Shown here one piece after another: positions 20,973-32,218 of a stretch of DNA of 64,000 bases. Each line of letters starts with the position of its first letter. Position 1 is the stretch's first letter. The DNA comes from Cytophagales bacterium (GTDB lineage: Bacteria; Bacteroidota; Bacteroidia; Cytophagales; MED-G16). The position numbers were made by a program, and so were the translations under genes. Below the pieces are notes generated by a model. It was not told the DNA's origin and did no database searches. It saw nothing but the letters and a program-made list of their open reading frames with translations. Where the stretch lies: the NCBI GenBank assembly GCA_045568775.1, contig JBJLAJ010000011.1, positions 59,239 through 123,238 on the forward strand. Reading direction: 5' to 3'.

Positions 20973-23900
20973 CTAATTAGACTTAATAATTTTCCTGATT
21001 TCTAGTAAGTTGTCTCCTTCGTAAATAACTAAAAAAAAGAGTCCTTTATTTATACCATTTAAAAGTATTTCTTCATAGATTTTTGATGTATATAATTTAC
21101 TCCTTTTAGCAAAAACTCTACCATTAGAATCTACTAACTTATAAGTAATAATATCATTAGTTATAAAGTCTGATTCAACAGTGATTTTTTCAGAAGTTGG
21201 GTTAGGATATATTTTTAATCTTATATCATTTTTTTCCAGACCTAATACCGTACCTTCAAACTCTTCAAATAAGATCCAATTTAAATTAAAAGGTGTTTTT
21301 TTAAAGAAAAATCTAAGTTTTCTGTTACCAGACTCCAGATGTATCTTAGGGAAGTCATTGAAAGTAACCCAATCCTGCCAGCCATTAGTAGAAGGGAAAG
21401 ATATAGTATGTAAAACTTCATAGTTAGCAGAATCAATTAGAAGTTGTAATTCAATGGTACCACCATTTGCATAGTCCTCACTCCCATCAGAAGCAACTCT
21501 ATAACTTAAGTCATAAAGACCAGTTTTTGAAACATCTACAACATAATCAACATAATCTGCTGAATCTAAATAACCAATATTCTGACCACCCCCCTCATCT
21601 TCTGTCATTTCTAATGATGTGCCAGACTGGAATATATAATCTTCAGCCTGAATATATCCAGGAATAGGTATCCCAATTGATACTGAATCATCAAAAGCAA
21701 ACCAATTTAAATTAAAAGGACCCTCTATAATCTTTAACCTAAGTTGGTGATTTCCTTCAGAAAGAGTTAATGGTTTACTTGTGCTTTCCCAACTTTGCCA
21801 CCCACTTGTTGTTGGTAAAATCATATTTTGAATAGAATTATAGTTTCCTGTCTCAGGGTCTAATAAACTTAGTTCCAGTTGTCCCCCAGACGACCAATTT
21901 GGATCAGCAGCAGATCTATATGTAACATTATAAGTGCCCGAAGAATTAACTTTAATGTAATAATCAGCATAGTCTCCGTTATCCAAACTTGCAATATTTT
22001 TTCCATCACCCTCGTCTGATGCATTCTCCAATTCCATTCCTTTTTGGAAAAAATAATGTTCAGCTTCAATTTTACCTGGGACATTATGAATATAGGATAT
22101 AGTATTTTTCACAATTTCATCCGAAAATATTTCTAGTAAATTTTCGTCTGTTGATTTAATGGAATTGCCTGAGTAAGAGATCGTAATCACATCACCTGGT
22201 TTAATTTCAACAGCTAGGTTCAAGATTATTGACCTTGGAGAAGTAGAATTTAAAACATCTATTACTTCTACTTCTTGATCATTAATAAAAACTTTAAAGC
22301 CTAATTGACCAACTGAAATAAAGTTTTTAATATTTTTATTAAAATTTATGTTAATTGAATTTTGGTTATAGGTATTAGCAGAGACATAACCTGTTTCTAT
22401 TTCTGAAATATTAGACACCTTAATAAATTCATAAAAACCTAAATTAAATGTACCTCTATTAACATGAAACACTAAACTTTCATCTCCTTCATCTATAACT
22501 AAAGAGTCTAGTTTTAGATCTACCCAATTCTCCCAAGAATCTGTCTTAGGTACATCAATCATTTTAGAAAACTGCTGACCATTTAATTTAAAATAAAAAC
22601 TGCCATCATCATCTTCAGTGGCAACTCTCACATTAACATTATATACCCCAGTTTCATCTAATTGAAAAGAATATTTCATCCATTCATCTTTTTCTATCCA
22701 GCCAACATTATAACCATTTGATTCAGAATCTTTACTTTCTTGAATATCGACATTATCATTCCTTAATGACCACCCATTATTCCAAGCAGAGAAATTGCCA
22801 CCATAATTTGCTTCTGCACCAGCATCATAATATGCTTCTCCCATGATGCCCATATCAAAATCTGAAGCATAAATTTTACCTGGGATTAAATTATTTGCAT
22901 AAGGCACTGTCAAATTTGAAAAAGGCTGCCTAAACATAGCATCAATAATATCTTTATGATAAAAACAATTTTCAATTTTAATATCTTCAGTAAGTTGATT
23001 TAGACCAGCAATAGCATCTTCTTTTGACGGAATTATATTTCCTCCATTCCAATAGTCAACTAGCATTTTATATTTGTCATTATAATTTATAGATAGTGGC
23101 GGTTGAATTGCACCAATTCTCTTTAGAGGCCACCAAGCCCAACCAATTCCATTTTCCTCAAAAACTTTTACAGCATCCCTGTACCAAAAATTTGAGTTTT
23201 CACCTGTTTCTCCTATAAAAAGAGGAACATTCAATGTATCTCTAAGTGGTAACATCCAATCTAAATACCCCTGATCTACTGGGCTCCAATATTTATGGGG
23301 ACTATAAACAAGATTATCATCCCATGGAGGTGTCAAACCAGTAAAATCATTTGCAAACCAGTTACCTTCTATAAACAAGATATGGTTATCTCCTTCAGCT
23401 CTAATTACGTTAGTTAATTGAACATATAAGTTTTTTAGTAGTACTCCACCAGGAATTTCCCAGTTTGGTTCATTAATTAAATCATATCCAGCTACCCATT
23501 GCTCATTTTTATATCTCTGTGATAATCTTTTCCATAGTTCAACAGTCTTATTTTGATTTAATTCACTCTCCCAAAGAGAAGGTTTTGTTGGATCATAATC
23601 TGAAATATCTGCATTGTACCCTTGACCTCCTGGAGCTGCATGGAGATCAATCATAAGATAAATTTCATTTTCTTTACACCAGCTAAGCAAAGAGTCTAAA
23701 AGCTTAAAGCCTACATCTAACTCTGTATAAGAACCTGGGAAAGGTTCTTCCTCTATGGGTACAGTAAATAGGTTATAATGTATTGGTGCTCTCACCAAAT
23801 TAAAACCCCAAGATTTCATCGAGTCTATATCAGTTTTAGTAACATGATTCTTTAACCAATTATTATAAAATTTTTGAGTTTCTTCATCACCAATTAACTC

Positions 23901-24128
23901 TCTGATTTTATCTTTTATTTGATATTGGGTAGAAGAAAATCCCCCTGGAGCCATCATATACCCTTCCTGGACCATCCATCCTCCTAACCCCATACCTCTT
24001 AAAATTATAGTGTCACCTTTCTCATTTATTATAGATTTTCCAGATGTATTAAGAAAGTTTTGAGAGAATGAGTAGTTTGAAAATAATAGAAGAACTACAA
24101 GAAGTTTATAAAATTTAATCATCGGCAT
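20973..24128 (-). CDS. secreted glycoside hydrolase family 5 enzyme with CBM6/35-like modules and a T9SS C-terminal sorting domain
   Basis: 1051 aa. Signal peptide (MPMIKFYKLLVVLLLFSNYSFSQ). GH5 clan-A hallmarks: GLGGWMV, DLHAAPGGQ, the LINEPN acid/base and the FIGETGE nucleophile. Three CBM6/35-like repeats (PGKIYASDFD..., PGKIEAEHYF...NLNWFAF, PGYIQAEDYI...NLNWILF). Por-type tail (LKIYPNPTSEKITVES...FFLVIYEGD). Confidence 0.88.
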   Translation of the reverse strand: MPMIKFYKLLVVLLLFSNYSFSQNFLNTSGKSIINEKGDTIILRGMGLGGWMVQEGYMMAPGGFSSTQYQIKDKIRELIGDEETQKFYNNWLKNHVTKTDIDSMKSWGFNLVRAPIHYNLFTVPIEEEPFPGSYTELDVGFKLLDSLLSWCKENEIYLMIDLHAAPGGQGYNADISDYDPTKPSLWESELNQNKTVELWKRLSQRYKNEQWVAGYDLINEPNWEIPGGVLLKNLYVQLTNVIRAEGDNHILFIEGNWFANDFTGLTPPWDDNLVYSPHKYWSPVDQGYLDWMLPLRDTLNVPLFIGETGENSNFWYRDAVKVFEENGIGWAWWPLKRIGAIQPPLSINYNDKYKMLVDYWNGGNIIPSKEDAIAGLNQLTEDIKIENCFYHKDIIDAMFRQPFSNLTVPYANNLIPGKIYASDFDMGIMGEAYYDAGAEANYGGNFSAWNNGWSLRNDNVDIQESKDSESNGYNVGWIEKDEWMKYSFQLDETGVYNVNVRVATEDDDGSFYFKLNGQQFSKMIDVPKTDSWENWVDLKLDSLVIDEGDESLVFHVNRGTFNLGFYEFIKVSNISEIETGYVSANTYNQNSININFNKNIKNFISVGQLGFKVFINDQEVEVIDVLNSTSPRSIILNLAVEIKPGDVITISYSGNSIKSTDENLLEIFSDEIVKNTISYIHNVPGKIEAEHYFFQKGMELENASDEGDGKNIASLDNGDYADYYIKVNSSGTYNVTYRSAADPNWSSGGQLELSLLDPETGNYNSIQNMILPTTSGWQSWESTSKPLTLSEGNHQLRLKIIEGPFNLNWFAFDDSVSIGIPIPGYIQAEDYIFQSGTSLEMTEDEGGGQNIGYLDSADYVDYVVDVSKTGLYDLSYRVASDGSEDYANGGTIELQLLIDSANYEVLHTISFPSTNGWQDWVTFNDFPKIHLESGNRKLRFFFKKTPFNLNWILFEEFEGTVLGLEKNDIRLKIYPNPTSEKITVESDFITNDIITYKLVDSNGRVFAKRSKLYTSKIYEEILLNGINKGLFFLVIYEGDNLLEIRKIIKSN

Positions 24129-24171
24129 TACGAAGTAATAGCACAGACCATAAAATTCAAAATTTAAAATA

Positions 24172-24477
24172 TTAAACTTTTATTTCAACATCTACTCCAC
24201 TTGGTAATTCAAGTTTCATTAAAGCATCAACTGTCTGACTGCTATTAGAATAAATATCCAATAATCTTTTGTAAGTACAGAGTTTAAATTGTTCTCTAGA
24301 CGTCTTATTGACATGAGGAGACCTCAGAACAGTAAAAATTTCTTTTCTTGTTGGTAAAGGTATTGGACCACTAACTATAGCTCCTGTCGTCTTAACTGCC
24401 TTAACAATCTTCTCAGAACTTTTGTCTACAAGATTATAGTCAAATGATTTTAATTTAATTCTGATTTTTTGTGACAT
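24172..24477 (-). CDS. rpsJ: 30S ribosomal protein S10
   Basis: Starts [13 protein letters not shown] and contains [25 protein letters not shown]. Confidence 0.98.
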   Translation of the reverse strand: MSQKIRIKLKSFDYNLVDKSSEKIVKAVKTTGAIVSGPIPLPTRKEIFTVLRSPHVNKTSREQFKLCTYKRLLDIYSNSSQTVDALMKLELPSGVDVEIKV

Positions 24478-24483
24478 TTTGTA

Positions 24484-26622
24484 TTAATTTATTTCTCCGT
24501 TATTTTTTTTTATTATTTCTTCAGCAATATTTTTTGGAACACTACTATAATGAGAAAAAGTCAAAGAAGCAGACGCTCTCCCAGAACTTAATGTTCTAAG
24601 ATCAGTCACATACCCAAATAGAGCAGAAAGCGGGACATCAGCCTTAATAATCTGAGAATTACCCTTCATATCCATACCTTTCATTATCCCTCTTCTTTTA
24701 TTAAGATCTCCAGTTACACCACCAGTATACTCATCCGGAGTAGTTACTTCAACAGACATAATAGGCTCCATTAAAACAGGATCAGCTTTTTTAGCAGCCT
24801 GTTTAAATGCTATACCTGCAGCAAGCTCAAAAGAAAGTGAGTCAGAATCAACATCATGAAAAGATCCATCATATAACCTTACCTTTAGAGACTGCACAGG
24901 GAAACCAGCTAGAGGACCATTATTCATTGCATTTTTAAAACCTTTTTCAACAGCAGGAATAAATTCTCTTGGAATTTTACCTCCAGTAATTTGATTTACA
25001 AATTGAAGACCATCACCCTCGGCATCCTCATCTCTAGGTCCTATCTCAAATACGATATCAGCAAACTTACCTCTACCTCCCGATTGTTTTTTATAAACCT
25101 CCTGGTGTTTAGTAGATGATAATATAGATTCTTTGTAAGCAACCTGAGGAGCACCTTGATTTATTTCAACCTTAAACTCTCTTTTAAGTCTTTCAATAAT
25201 AATCTCTAAATGGAGCTCTCCCATTCCTCTAAGAACAGTTTGACCAGTTTCCTCATCAGTATTAACTCTTAATGTAGGGTCTTCTTCAACTAGCTTACTA
25301 ACTGCCATTCCTAATTTATCAACATCAGCTTGTTGTTTAGGTTCTATGGCGTATCCAATTACAGGATCAGGGAAAGACATTGACTCTAAGACAATTTTAG
25401 ATTTTTCATCAGAGAGAGTATCTCCAGTTTTAATATCTTTAAACCCAACACCAGCACAAATATCACCCGCATTAACTGCATCAATAGGGTTTTGCTTATT
25501 TGAATGCATCTGCATAAGCCTAGAAATTCTTTCCTTTTTACCGTTTCTATTATTAAAAATATAAGATCCAGCATCAAGTTTACCAGAGTATACTCTAAAG
25601 AAGCATAGTCTTCCTACAAATGGGTCCGTTGCAATTTTAAAAGCAAGAGCAGCAAATGGCTCATCATTACTTGGTTTTCTAGATGTCTCTTCTTCATTGT
25701 CTGGGTTTGTACCTGATACTGGTGGTAAATCTAGAGGTGAAGGTAGGTATGAACATACAGCATCTAGCAAAGCCTGAACACCTTTGTTTTTAAAAGCAGA
25801 ACCACACATGACTGGAGAGAAAGACATATCAATCACAGCTTTCCTAATCGCAGCCATCATTTCTTCCTTAGTTATGGAATTAGGATCTTCAAAAAACTTT
25901 TCAAGTAAATTGTCATCATATTCAGCAACATTTTCAACTAAATTTTGTCTCCACTCATCAACTGTGTTTTTAAGATTATCTGGTATATCAACTACATTAT
26001 ATGTCATGCCCATATCATCCTCATTCCACACAATTGCTTCGTTAGTAATTAAGTCAACAACACCTTTAAAACCTTCTTCAGCGCCAATTGGAATTTGAAG
26101 AGGAACTGGTTTTGCATTTAACTTTTCCTTAATCTCTTTAACAACATTTAAAAAATCAGCACCAGCTCTATCCATTTTATTAACAAAACAAATTCTAGGT
26201 ACTTTATACTTATCAGCTTGTCTCCATACAGTTTCAGACTGAGGCTCAACACCTGAAACAGCACAAAATAATGCAACTGCACCATCAAGAACTCTAAGTG
26301 ATCTTTCTACCTCAACAGTAAAGTCAACGTGACCAGGAGTATCTATAATATTTACTCTAAAGTCACTTGTGTTATCTATAAGCTTTCCTTGTTTTGTAGG
26401 ATACTTCCAATATGTAGTAGTTGCAGCTGAAGTAATTGTAATTCCTCTTTCTTGTTCTTGCTCCATCCAGTCCATAGTTGCTGCACCATCATGAACTTCA
26501 CCAATTTTATGACTTAAACCTGTGTAATATAATATTCTTTCTGTCGTAGTAGTTTTACCGGCATCAATGTGAGCCATGATTCCGATGTTTCTAAGATAAT
26601 TTAAATCTTTAATTCCTGCCAT
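24484..26622 (-). CDS. fusA: elongation factor G
   Basis: 712 aa. Contains [33 protein letters not shown] and NKMDR. Confidence 0.98.
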   Translation of the reverse strand: MAGIKDLNYLRNIGIMAHIDAGKTTTTERILYYTGLSHKIGEVHDGAATMDWMEQEQERGITITSAATTTYWKYPTKQGKLIDNTSDFRVNIIDTPGHVDFTVEVERSLRVLDGAVALFCAVSGVEPQSETVWRQADKYKVPRICFVNKMDRAGADFLNVVKEIKEKLNAKPVPLQIPIGAEEGFKGVVDLITNEAIVWNEDDMGMTYNVVDIPDNLKNTVDEWRQNLVENVAEYDDNLLEKFFEDPNSITKEEMMAAIRKAVIDMSFSPVMCGSAFKNKGVQALLDAVCSYLPSPLDLPPVSGTNPDNEEETSRKPSNDEPFAALAFKIATDPFVGRLCFFRVYSGKLDAGSYIFNNRNGKKERISRLMQMHSNKQNPIDAVNAGDICAGVGFKDIKTGDTLSDEKSKIVLESMSFPDPVIGYAIEPKQQADVDKLGMAVSKLVEEDPTLRVNTDEETGQTVLRGMGELHLEIIIERLKREFKVEINQGAPQVAYKESILSSTKHQEVYKKQSGGRGKFADIVFEIGPRDEDAEGDGLQFVNQITGGKIPREFIPAVEKGFKNAMNNGPLAGFPVQSLKVRLYDGSFHDVDSDSLSFELAAGIAFKQAAKKADPVLMEPIMSVEVTTPDEYTGGVTGDLNKRRGIMKGMDMKGNSQIIKADVPLSALFGYVTDLRTLSSGRASASLTFSHYSSVPKNIAEEIIKKNNGEIN

Positions 26623-26631
26623 TATATAAAA

Positions 26632-27099
26632 TTAAAACCTAAAATGAGAGAATGCCTTATTTGCCTCAGCCATTCTATGAGTGTCATCTTTCTTTTTAAC
26701 AGCACCGCCTTCGCCTTTAGATGCTGCAATAATTTCATTGGCAAGCCTTTCTACCATAGACTTTTCATTTCTACTTCTAGCATACTGAATTAACCATTTT
26801 TGACTTAAAGTTATTTTTCTATTTGGCCTTACTTCAATAGGTACTTGGAAGTTAGCACCTCCAACTCTCCTACTTTTAACCTCGACTGAAGGCATAACAT
26901 TATTGAGAGCTTTTTTCCATAATTCGAGGCCTTTTTCCTTAGTTTTATCCTCAACTATCTTTAGTGAATCATAAAAAATTGCATAAGAAACACTCTTTTT
27001 TCCGTCATGCATTAAATTATTAACAAACTGGGTAACTAAGGTATCCTTATATATAGGATCAGGTAAAAAATATCTTTTCTTAGGTTTAGATTTTCTCAT
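26632..27099 (-). CDS. rpsG: 30S ribosomal protein S7
   Basis: Starts [15 protein letters not shown] and contains [16 protein letters not shown] and [15 protein letters not shown]. Confidence 0.98.
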   Translation of the reverse strand: MRKSKPKKRYFLPDPIYKDTLVTQFVNNLMHDGKKSVSYAIFYDSLKIVEDKTKEKGLELWKKALNNVMPSVEVKSRRVGGANFQVPIEVRPNRKITLSQKWLIQYARSRNEKSMVERLANEIIAASKGEGGAVKKKDDTHRMAEANKAFSHFRF

Positions 27100-27102
27100 T
27101 TA

Positions 27103-27483
27103 CTATTTCTTTGCTTTTGGTCTTTTAGCACCATACTTAGATCTTCTCTGAGTTCTATCATCAACACCTCCAGTATCCAATGTACCTCTTATAACATGAT
27201 ATCTTACACCTGGTAAATCTTTCACTCTACCACCTCTTATTAATACTATAGAGTGTTCCTGCAAGTTGTGACCCTCCCCTGGAATGTAAGCATTAACTTC
27301 TTTACCATGAGATAATCTAACTCTTGCAACTTTTCTCATAGCTGAGTTTGGCTTCTTAGGCGTAGTTGTATACACTCTTGTACATACCCCCCTTTTTTGA
27401 GGACATGAGTCTAAAGCAGGAGACTTTGATTTAGACTTAAGCTTCTTTCTTCCTTTTCTTACTAATTGTTGTATCGTTGGCAT
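27103..27483 (-). CDS. rpsL: 30S ribosomal protein S12
   Basis: Starts [12 protein letters not shown] and contains [16 protein letters not shown] and [14 protein letters not shown]. Confidence 0.98.
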   Translation of the reverse strand: MPTIQQLVRKGRKKLKSKSKSPALDSCPQKRGVCTRVYTTTPKKPNSAMRKVARVRLSHGKEVNAYIPGEGHNLQEHSIVLIRGGRVKDLPGVRYHVIRGTLDTGGVDDRTQRRSKYGAKRPKAKK

Positions 27484-27503
27484 AATATTATTTAAATGCG
27501 ACG

Positions 27504-27534
27504 CAAAAATAGAAATTCATACGTCTTAAACAAA
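27504..27534 (-). promoter_or_regulatory. candidate str-operon promoter (-33 TTTG / 19 nt / -7 TATTTTTG)
   Basis: Minus strand reads TTTGtttaagacgtatgaatttcTATTTTTG, ending 20 nt upstream of the rpsL ATG. Exact match to the Bacteroidetes consensus spacing. Confidence 0.5.
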
Positions 27535-27562
27535 ATTTTTTATGTCTTTCTAACTATATAAA

Positions 27563-27868
27563 TTATTTGTTTGGTTGACTGTTAATATCTAATGGAAATT
27601 TAGGTAATTCGTTAAAATCCTTAATTTCATCATATTTTTGCTCATACTTTGAAATATTATCATTTAAAGCAATAGAAAATTTTTTTGCATGCTCAGGGGT
27701 AATAATAATTCTAGAATTTACTTTAGCCTTTGGTACCCCAGGCATAAGCTGAATAAAATCAATAACAAACTCACTACTTGAATGAGCTATCATAGCTAAA
27801 TTTGCATATTTCCCTTTAGATATTTCATCTGACAACTCGATATTTATCTGATTTTGTTTTTGATTCAT
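27563..27868 (-). CDS. DUF3467 domain-containing protein
   Basis: 101 aa. Contains [38 protein letters not shown]. The ATG overlaps the rpoC stop (4-nt overlap). From memory, a homolog follows rpoC in many Bacteroidota genomes. Confidence 0.75.
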   Translation of the reverse strand: MNQKQNQINIELSDEISKGKYANLAMIAHSSSEFVIDFIQLMPGVPKAKVNSRIIITPEHAKKFSIALNDNISKYEQKYDEIKDFNELPKFPLDINSQPNK

Positions 27869-30800
27869 TTTTTATCCTGTTTATTTTCTTCAAGCAAATC
27901 AGCATTTACAGATTCATCAATCACAACATCTTCTTTAGATTTTGTCATTAGTGCATCATACTCCCTCTCAGAACCTACAATCATATCACTATACTCTTTT
28001 AATCCTGTACCTGCAGGTATTAAATGACCCACAATTACATTTTCTTTAAGTCCTCTTAAATCATCAACTTTACCTCTGATAGAAGCTTCACTTAAAACTT
28101 TTGTAGTTTCTTGGAAAGAGGCAGCAGATATAAAGCTTTCCGTACCTAAAGATGCTCTAGTAATTCCTTGCAGAGAAGGTCTAGAAACTGCTGCATCTGC
28201 ATTTCTGACTTCAACTATTTTCTTATCCTTTCTTCTCAGAGAAGAATTTTCGTCTCTCAATTCTCTAGATGAAATTATTTGACTCTCTTTAAATGCTGAA
28301 GAATCACCAGGATTAATTACAACCTTTTTTTCAAAAATATCATCATTTACATTATTAAATACAAGTTTATCAACTTTTTCATCTTGTAAGAAGCTAGTAT
28401 CTCCTGGATCAATGATAATTACTTTTTGCATCATTTGTCTAACAATGACTTCTATGTGTTTATCATTAATTTTAACACCTTGTAATCTATAAACTTCTTG
28501 AATTTCATTAACTAAATAATCCTGAACTTCAGTTGGTCCTTTAATTGATAAAATATCAGCAGGTGTTATTGCTCCATCAGATAATGGAGAACCTGCTTTA
28601 ACATAGTCATTATCTTGAACTAAAATATGTTTTGATAATGAAACTAAATATTTTTTCTTAGTACCATCTTTAGACTCAATAAAGATTTCTCTATTCCCTC
28701 TCTTTATTCCTCCATAAGATACAACTCCATCAATTTCACTAACAACAGCAGGATTTGATGGATTTCTTGCTTCAAATAACTCGGTTACTCTAGGAAGACC
28801 TCCCGTAATATCTCTAGACTGCCCAATAATTCTTGGTATTTTTGATAAAATAGTTCCAGGATTTACAGAACTTCCCTTTTCAACTGAAAGGTGAGCTCCT
28901 ACAGGAATATTATATGCTTTTTCCCCATCCTTAGATTTAACAACTATTGCAGGGTTTTTAGTCTTATCTCTACACTCTACAATAACCTTCTCTTTGTGTC
29001 CAGTTTGCTCATCAAATTCTTCTTTGAAAGTAATACCTTCTTCAATTGATTCAAAATCAATTTTACCCTTAAGTTCAGATAAAATAACAGCATTATAAGG
29101 ATCCCAATTACATAGAATGTCTCCTTTAGTTACTTTCTGACCGTCCTTTACCTTTAAGTATGACCCATAAGGAACATTATTAGAAATAAGCGTTATACCT
29201 TTATCATTAACTAACCTAAGCTCGCCACTTCTAGCCATTACTACCTCTGCTTTGTTTCCTTCACCATCCTTTGTAGATACAGATCTAATACCATCAAAAA
29301 CAATTTTACCATCAAACTTAGCTTTAACATTTGCATCTATAGCTATATTAGATGCCGTTCCACCTACGTGGAATGTCCTCAATGTAAGCTGTGTTCCAGG
29401 CTCACCAATTGACTGAGCAGCAATTACTCCTACAGCTTCTCCAGTATTTACCATCTGACCATTAGCTAAATTTCTACCATAACATTTAGCACAAGCACCC
29501 CTTGTTGTCTCACAAGTAAGTACTGATCTTATTTCTATTTCTTCGATACTAGTCTGGTCAATAGTTTGAGCTATAGTCTCATCTATTTCTTCTCCAGATT
29601 CGATAATAAGATCATTAGAAATTGGATCGTATACATCATGTACAGTAACCCTTCCAAGTATTCTTTCTGATAATGGTTCTACTATATCTTCATTATCTTT
29701 TAATGCACTTACTGTAACACCTCTTAATGTGCCACAATCTCTCTCATTGATAATGACATCCTGAGCTACATCAACCAATCTTCTAGTCAAATAACCTGCA
29801 TCAGCAGTCTTAAGAGCAGTATCGGCTAGTCCTTTTCTTGCACCGTGTGTTGAAATAAAATACTCAATTACATCAAGACCTTCTTTGAAATTTGAAAGAA
29901 TTGGATTTTCAATAATTTCCCCAACAGATCCTGATAAATTTTTCTGTGGCTTAGCCATCAATCCTCTCATACCACCTAACTGTCTTATCTGTTCCCTTGA
30001 TCCTCTTGCTCCTGAATCCATCATCATGTAAATTGGATTAAAACCTTCATCATTATTCTCAAGTTGATTCATCAGTGTTGAAGTAAGTCTAGTATTTGAT
30101 CTAGTCCAAATATCAATAACCTGATTATATCTTTCATTATCTGTTATGAGTCCCATGTAATAATTATCCCACACAGATTTGACTTCTTTCTTAGCTGAAG
30201 CTACTAAAGATTGTTTAGCATCAGGAATTTGAATATCTCCTAATCCCATAGACAAACCACCTTCATATGCCATTTTGAAACCAAGCTCTTTGATATTATC
30301 AAGGAAATTAGCTGTTCTAGATATTCCACATATCTTATATACTGTTGAAATTATCTGTTGTAATTTCTTTTTTGTAAGTAGTTCATCAATATATCCTACT
30401 TCCTTAGGAATCAAATTATTAAATAAAACTCTTCCAGCAACAGTTTCAATCACTTTATTCTCTAAAGTTCCATCTGCTGATCTCACATCAGTTCTAATCT
30501 TAATGTATGCGTTTTTATCTAATTTATCTTCATTAAAAGCAATAATAACCTCCCTTGAACCAGAAAAAATAAGACCTTCACCTTTAAGAGGGTGGTCTTT
30601 AGTTGATTTTCTTCCTTTAGACACGTAATATAAACCTAATACCATATCCTGAGATGGAACAGTAATTGGAGCACCATTAGCAGGATTAAGTATATTGTTA
30701 GATCCTAGCATCAAAAGAGAAGCTTCAATAATTGCCTCATGACCTAAAGGAACATGAACAGCCATCTGGTCACCATCAAAGTCAGCATTGAAAGCAGTAC

Positions 30801-32199
30801 AAGCTAGGGGATGTAGCTCTATAGCTTTACCTTCAATTAATTTTGGTTGAAAGGCTTGAATTCCTAATCTATGAAGAGTAGGAGCTCTATTTAGCAAGAC
30901 AGGATGACCTACTAAAACGTTTTCTAAAATATCCCAAATTACTGGCTCTTTTTTGTCAACAAGTTTTTTTGCAGACTTAACCGTCTTAACGATACCCCTC
31001 TCGATAAGCTTTCTTATTATAAAGGGTTTAAACAATTCTGCGGCCATATCTTTTGGAAGACCACATTCATGCATTTTGAGTTTTGGTCCAACAACAATTA
31101 CAGACCTTCCAGAATAATCAACTCTTTTACCTAAAAGATTTTGTCTAAACCTACCCTGCTTTCCTTTAAGCATATCAGTTAAAGACTTTAAGGATCTATT
31201 ACCATCTGATCTGACTGCATTAATCCTCCTTGAATTATCAAATAAAGAATCTACAGCTTCTTGGAGCATTCTTTTCTCATTTCTAAGTATAACCTCAGGA
31301 GCTCTTATTTCAAGTAACCTTTTAAGTCTATTGTTTCTTATTATTACTCTTCTATATAAATCATTAAGATCTGATGTAGCAAATCTACCTCCATCTAATG
31401 GTACAAGTGGCCTTAACTCAGGTGGAATAACTGGAATCATCTTCACAATCATCCACTCAGGCTTATTATCTATATTCTCTCTAGAATCTCTGAAAGACTC
31501 AATTACCCTAAGCCTTTTAAGAGCTTCTGCTTTCCTTTGTTGAGATGTCTCATTTGCAGCTTTATACCTAAGATCAACAGATAAAGAGTCAAGATCTATT
31601 TGAGATAAAAGTTCAGCTATAGCTTCTGCACCCATCTTTGCGATGAATTTATTAGGATCATCATTTGGTAATAAATAATTATCTTTCGGAAGCGAATCTA
31701 CAATATTTAAATACTCTTCTTCAGTTAATAAATCCATCTTCTGACACCCATCTTCTTCTTTTACACCAGGATTTATAACAACATATCTCTCATAATAAAC
31801 AACTTGATTAAGTTTCTTAGCAGGAACTCCTAGCATGTATCCAATCTTATTAGGTAAAGTTCTAAAATACCAGATATGAGCAACAGGCACAACTAGCTCG
31901 ATGTGACCCATTCTCTCTCTTCTAACTTTCTTCTCTGTTACTTCAACACCACACCTATCACATATAATACCTTTATACCTTATTCTCTTGTATTTTCCAC
32001 AATGACATTCCCAATCTTTTACAGGTCCAAAAGTTCTCTCACAAAAGAGACCACCCATTTCTGGTTTAAAAGTCCTATAATTAATAGTTTCAGGAGCTGT
32101 TACTTCACCAAAAGAACTTTCAAGTATAGATTCCGGAGAAGCTAAACTTACTATGATTTTTGAGAAGTTAGTTGATTTATTGATTTTGTTAGATATCAT
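27865..32199 (-). CDS. rpoC: DNA-directed RNA polymerase subunit beta-prime
   Basis: 1444 aa. Zn-finger [23 protein letters not shown] and catalytic [12 protein letters not shown]. Confidence 0.99.
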   Translation of the reverse strand: MISNKINKSTNFSKIIVSLASPESILESSFGEVTAPETINYRTFKPEMGGLFCERTFGPVKDWECHCGKYKRIRYKGIICDRCGVEVTEKKVRRERMGHIELVVPVAHIWYFRTLPNKIGYMLGVPAKKLNQVVYYERYVVINPGVKEEDGCQKMDLLTEEEYLNIVDSLPKDNYLLPNDDPNKFIAKMGAEAIAELLSQIDLDSLSVDLRYKAANETSQQRKAEALKRLRVIESFRDSRENIDNKPEWMIVKMIPVIPPELRPLVPLDGGRFATSDLNDLYRRVIIRNNRLKRLLEIRAPEVILRNEKRMLQEAVDSLFDNSRRINAVRSDGNRSLKSLTDMLKGKQGRFRQNLLGKRVDYSGRSVIVVGPKLKMHECGLPKDMAAELFKPFIIRKLIERGIVKTVKSAKKLVDKKEPVIWDILENVLVGHPVLLNRAPTLHRLGIQAFQPKLIEGKAIELHPLACTAFNADFDGDQMAVHVPLGHEAIIEASLLMLGSNNILNPANGAPITVPSQDMVLGLYYVSKGRKSTKDHPLKGEGLIFSGSREVIIAFNEDKLDKNAYIKIRTDVRSADGTLENKVIETVAGRVLFNNLIPKEVGYIDELLTKKKLQQIISTVYKICGISRTANFLDNIKELGFKMAYEGGLSMGLGDIQIPDAKQSLVASAKKEVKSVWDNYYMGLITDNERYNQVIDIWTRSNTRLTSTLMNQLENNDEGFNPIYMMMDSGARGSREQIRQLGGMRGLMAKPQKNLSGSVGEIIENPILSNFKEGLDVIEYFISTHGARKGLADTALKTADAGYLTRRLVDVAQDVIINERDCGTLRGVTVSALKDNEDIVEPLSERILGRVTVHDVYDPISNDLIIESGEEIDETIAQTIDQTSIEEIEIRSVLTCETTRGACAKCYGRNLANGQMVNTGEAVGVIAAQSIGEPGTQLTLRTFHVGGTASNIAIDANVKAKFDGKIVFDGIRSVSTKDGEGNKAEVVMARSGELRLVNDKGITLISNNVPYGSYLKVKDGQKVTKGDILCNWDPYNAVILSELKGKIDFESIEEGITFKEEFDEQTGHKEKVIVECRDKTKNPAIVVKSKDGEKAYNIPVGAHLSVEKGSSVNPGTILSKIPRIIGQSRDITGGLPRVTELFEARNPSNPAVVSEIDGVVSYGGIKRGNREIFIESKDGTKKKYLVSLSKHILVQDNDYVKAGSPLSDGAITPADILSIKGPTEVQDYLVNEIQEVYRLQGVKINDKHIEVIVRQMMQKVIIIDPGDTSFLQDEKVDKLVFNNVNDDIFEKKVVINPGDSSAFKESQIISSRELRDENSSLRRKDKKIVEVRNADAAVSRPSLQGITRASLGTESFISAASFQETTKVLSEASIRGKVDDLRGLKENVIVGHLIPAGTGLKEYSDMIVGSEREYDALMTKSKEDVVIDESVNADLLEENKQDKK

Positions 32200-32218
32200 A
32201 AACTGTTTATTAAAATTT

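Noticed and set aside
20973-24128. GH5 gene as a recent horizontally acquired island or mobile element
   Set aside because: There are no flanking direct or inverted repeats, integrase, transposase or tRNA target. Spot GC counts (16/60 and 24/60 on two lines) fall within the host range. It is treated as an old fixed insertion instead.
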